DNA from: the human T2T-CHM13v2.0 reference genome, Homo sapiens
Direction: 5' to 3' (one strand)
Assembly (NCBI RefSeq): GCF_009914755.1
Contig: NC_060946.1
Length of the DNA: 64,000 nucleotides
Below, in pieces: positions 60,901 to 64,000 of this stretch. The notes below the pieces were generated by a model. That model was given only the letters and a program-made list of their open reading frames with translations. It was not told the DNA's origin and did no database searches. The position numbers and the translations under genes were made by a program. Numbering within the stretch: position 1 is the first letter of the stretch; every line of letters starts with the position of its first letter.

Positions 60901-63260
60901 ATATCAAAGTACACAAAATACATATTATATACTATACATAGTATATCAAAGTACAAAAAATACATATATACTGTACATAAAATGTGAAAGTTACACAAAA
61001 TACATATTATATACCATAGATAAAATATCAAAGTACACAAAATACATATTCTATACAGTACATAAAATATCAAAGAACACCAAATACATATTATATACTG
61101 TACATAAGATATCAAAAAGTACACAGAATTCATAATACATTCTGTATATAAAATATCAAAGTACACTAAATACATATTATTTAGTGTACATAAAATATAA
61201 AAGTACACAGAATACATATTATATACTGTACATAAGATATCAAAGAGTACACGAAATACATATTATATACTGTACATAAAATATCAAAAAGTACACCAAA
61301 TACATATTATATATTGTACATAAAATATCAAAAACTACACCAAATACATATTATATACTGTACATAATATATCAAAGTACAAAAAATACATATTATATTG
61401 TGTACATAAAATATCAAGGTACACAAAATACATATTATATACTGTATATAAAATATCAAATTTCACAAAATACATATTGTATACCACACATAAGATATCA
61501 AAGTACACTAAATACATATTTTACACTGTTTATAATATATCAAAGTACAACAAAAACATATTATACACTGTACATAAAATATAAAAGTACGCAAAATACA
61601 TATTACATTCTGTACATAAAATATAAAAGTACACAAAAAACATATTATATACTCTACATAAAATATCAAATAGTAAACCAAATACATATTATATACTGTA
61701 CATAATGAATCAAAGGGTATACCAAATACATATTTTATACTGTACATAAATTATCAAAAAGTACACCAAATACATATTATATAATGTACATAAAATATCA
61801 AAAAGTACACCAAATACATATTATATACTGTACATAAAATATCAAAAAGTACACGAAATATATATTATATACTATTCATAAAATATCAAAATGTACACCA
61901 AATACATATTATATAGTGTACTTAAAATATCAAAAAGTACACCAAATACATATTATATACCATACATAAAATATGATAAAGTACACCAAATACATATTAT
62001 ATACCATACATAAAATATCTAAAAGTACACCAAATACATATTATATACTGTACAGAAAATATCAAATAGTACGCCAAATATTTATTATATATTATACATA
62101 AAATACCAAATAGTACACCAAATATATATTACATACTCTATATAAAATAGCAAAATATACACCAAATACATATTATATACTGTACGTATATTATCAATCA
62201 CTACATGAAATACATATAATAAACTTTATATAAAATATCAAAGTACACCAAATACATATTATATACTGTACATAAAATATCAAAAAGTACACCAAATACA
62301 TACTATATACAGTACATAAAATATGAATGTACACAAAATACAAATTATATACTGTACATAAAATTTCAAAGTACACAAAATATATATTATATACTGTACA
62401 TAAAATACCAAAGTACACAAAATACATATTATATACTTTACATAATATATCAAAGTCCACAAAATACATATATACTGAACAAAAAATGTCAACGTTACAC
62501 AAAATACATATTATATACCATAGATAAAATATCAAAGTACACAGAATACATGTTATATACTGTACATAAGATATCAAACAGTACACAAAATACATATTAC
62601 ATACTGTAGGTAAAGTATCAAAAATTACACCAAATACATATTATATCCTGTACATATAATATCAAAATGTACACCAAGTACATATTATATACTGTACATA
62701 AAATATCAAAAAGTACACCAAATACATAATATATACTGTACATAAAATATCAGAAACTACAGGAAATACATAGTATATACTCTACATAATATATGAAAGT
62801 GCAAAAAATACATATTATATAGTGTATATAGAACATCAAGCTACACAAAATACATATTATATAATGTACATAAAATATCAAAGTTCACAAAATACATATT
62901 GTATACCGCACATAAAATATCAAAGTACACTAAATCCATATTTTACACTGTACATAAGATATCAAAGTACAACAAATACATATTATGCACTGTACAGAAA
63001 ATATAAAAGTACACAAAATACATATTATATTCTGTACATAAAATATAAAAGCACACAAATATCATATTATATACTCTACATAAAATATCAAATAGTACAC
63101 CAAATACATATTATTTACTGTACATAAAGTATCAAAACGTACACCAAATACATATTATATACTGTAAATAAATTATCAAAAAGTACACCAAATACACATT
63201 ATACACTGTGTATAAAATATTAAAAAATTACACCAAATACATATTATATACTGTATATAA
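51902..63260 (+). repeat. Human Satellite 1A (HSat1A / satellite I / SAR) 42-bp AT-rich tandem array
   Basis: The unit is ACATAAAATATCAAAGT (17 bp) plus ACCCAAA(C/A)TATATATTATATACTGT (25 bp), with two GTAC (RsaI) sites per unit. The period is 42 bp (e.g. CTGTAC at 56115 and 56157). This matches the classical satellite I A/B subunits. Confidence 0.93.
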
Positions 63261-63322
63261 TATATATATAGTATATACATGTACTATAAATATATATATA
63301 TAAATATGGTACAATATGTGTA
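63255..63322. other. TA-rich spacer at the HSat1A strand-switch (inversion) point
   Basis: TATATATATAGTATATACATGTACTATAAATATATATATATAAATATGG separates + oriented units from reverse-complement units. Confidence 0.85.
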
Positions 63323-64000
63323 TTTTTGATATTTTATGTACAGTAGATAATATATATTTGGGGTACTTTTATATTTTAGGTACAGTATATAATATATATT
63401 TGGAGTACCTTCATATTTTATGTAAAGAATATAATATATACTTGATGTACCTTCATATTTTAAGTCCAGTATATAATATATAGTTTTGGTACTTTGATAT
63501 TTTATGTACAGTAAATAATATATAGCTTGAGTACTTTGATTTTTATGTACAGTTTATTATAAATTTTTGGGTACTTTCATATTTTATATACAGAATATAA
63601 TACATAATTTGGGTGCTTTGATATATTATGTATAGTATATAAAACATACTTTTTGTAATTTGATATATTATGTACAGTATATAATATATATTTTGTGTAC
63701 TTTGAAATTTTGTGTACAGTATATAATATATATTTGGGGTAATTTTATATTTTATGTACAGTATATAATATGTATTTGGTGTACATTGATATTTTATGTA
63801 CAAAATATAATTTATACTTTGGGTAGTTTGATATTTTATGTATACTATGTAATATATAGTTTGAGTACTTTGATATATTATGAACAGTTTATTATAAATG
63901 TTTGTGTACTTTCATATTTTATGTACGGTATATAATACATACTTTGGCTACTTTGATATTTTATGTACAGTATATAATATATACTTTGGGTACTTTGATA
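63318..64000 (-). repeat. HSat1A 42-bp array in inverted orientation; extends beyond the right window edge
   Basis: On + the units read TACTTTGATATTTTATGTACAGTATATAATATATA(G/T)TT(T)GGG, the reverse complement of the upstream unit. Confidence 0.93.

Noticed and set aside
51948-63935. ORFs with 14-aa repeats (YIKYQSTQTIYYIL / TLIFYVQYIIYSLG) that look like repeat or membrane proteins
   Set aside because: They are the translation of the 42-bp satellite unit (14 codons), broken by frequent stops and frameshifts.
51902-64000. HSat1B (DYZ2) or an Alu-containing AT-rich repeat; alpha or beta satellite
   Set aside because: There is no Alu fragment, no 2.4-kb composite unit, and no 171-bp or 68-bp monomer or CENP-B box. 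The 17+25-bp unit is HSat1A.
1-64000. Assignment to a specific chromosome or HSat3 subfamily
   Set aside because: HSat3 next to HSat1A suggests an acrocentric short arm, but a k-mer or alignment search is required. A great-ape origin also cannot be excluded by eye.

Overview
Non-coding hominid (most likely human) classical satellite DNA with no credible genes. Positions 1-~51,905 are a single-orientation Human Satellite III (HSat3) array: (GGAAT)n runs punctuated by CAACCCGAGT-type decamers. The array is built from a ~10.5-kb higher-order repeat (HOR). Two near-identical copies are followed by a third copy expanded by ~1.9-kb and ~1.04-kb duplications, then by rearranged or mosaic copies and a diverged ~2.7-kb edge. 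At ~51,902 it joins, with no spacer, an AT-rich 42-bp tandem array matching Human Satellite 1A (HSat1A/SAR; 17-bp plus 25-bp subunits). This array shows layered subtypes and flips orientation at ~63,255-63,320 across a TA-rich spacer. HSat3 next to HSat1A is typical of acrocentric short-arm or pericentromeric heterochromatin, but the chromosome cannot be assigned by eye. All ORFs in the track are repeat-translation artefacts. I found no new gene system. The most notable signals are structural: a recurring 9-bp-stem hairpin with a variable loop inside HSat3, one conserved 1-bp phase slip per HOR copy, nested duplications, the sharp satellite-satellite junction and the HSat1A inversion. Coordinates were read by eye and block boundaries are approximate.
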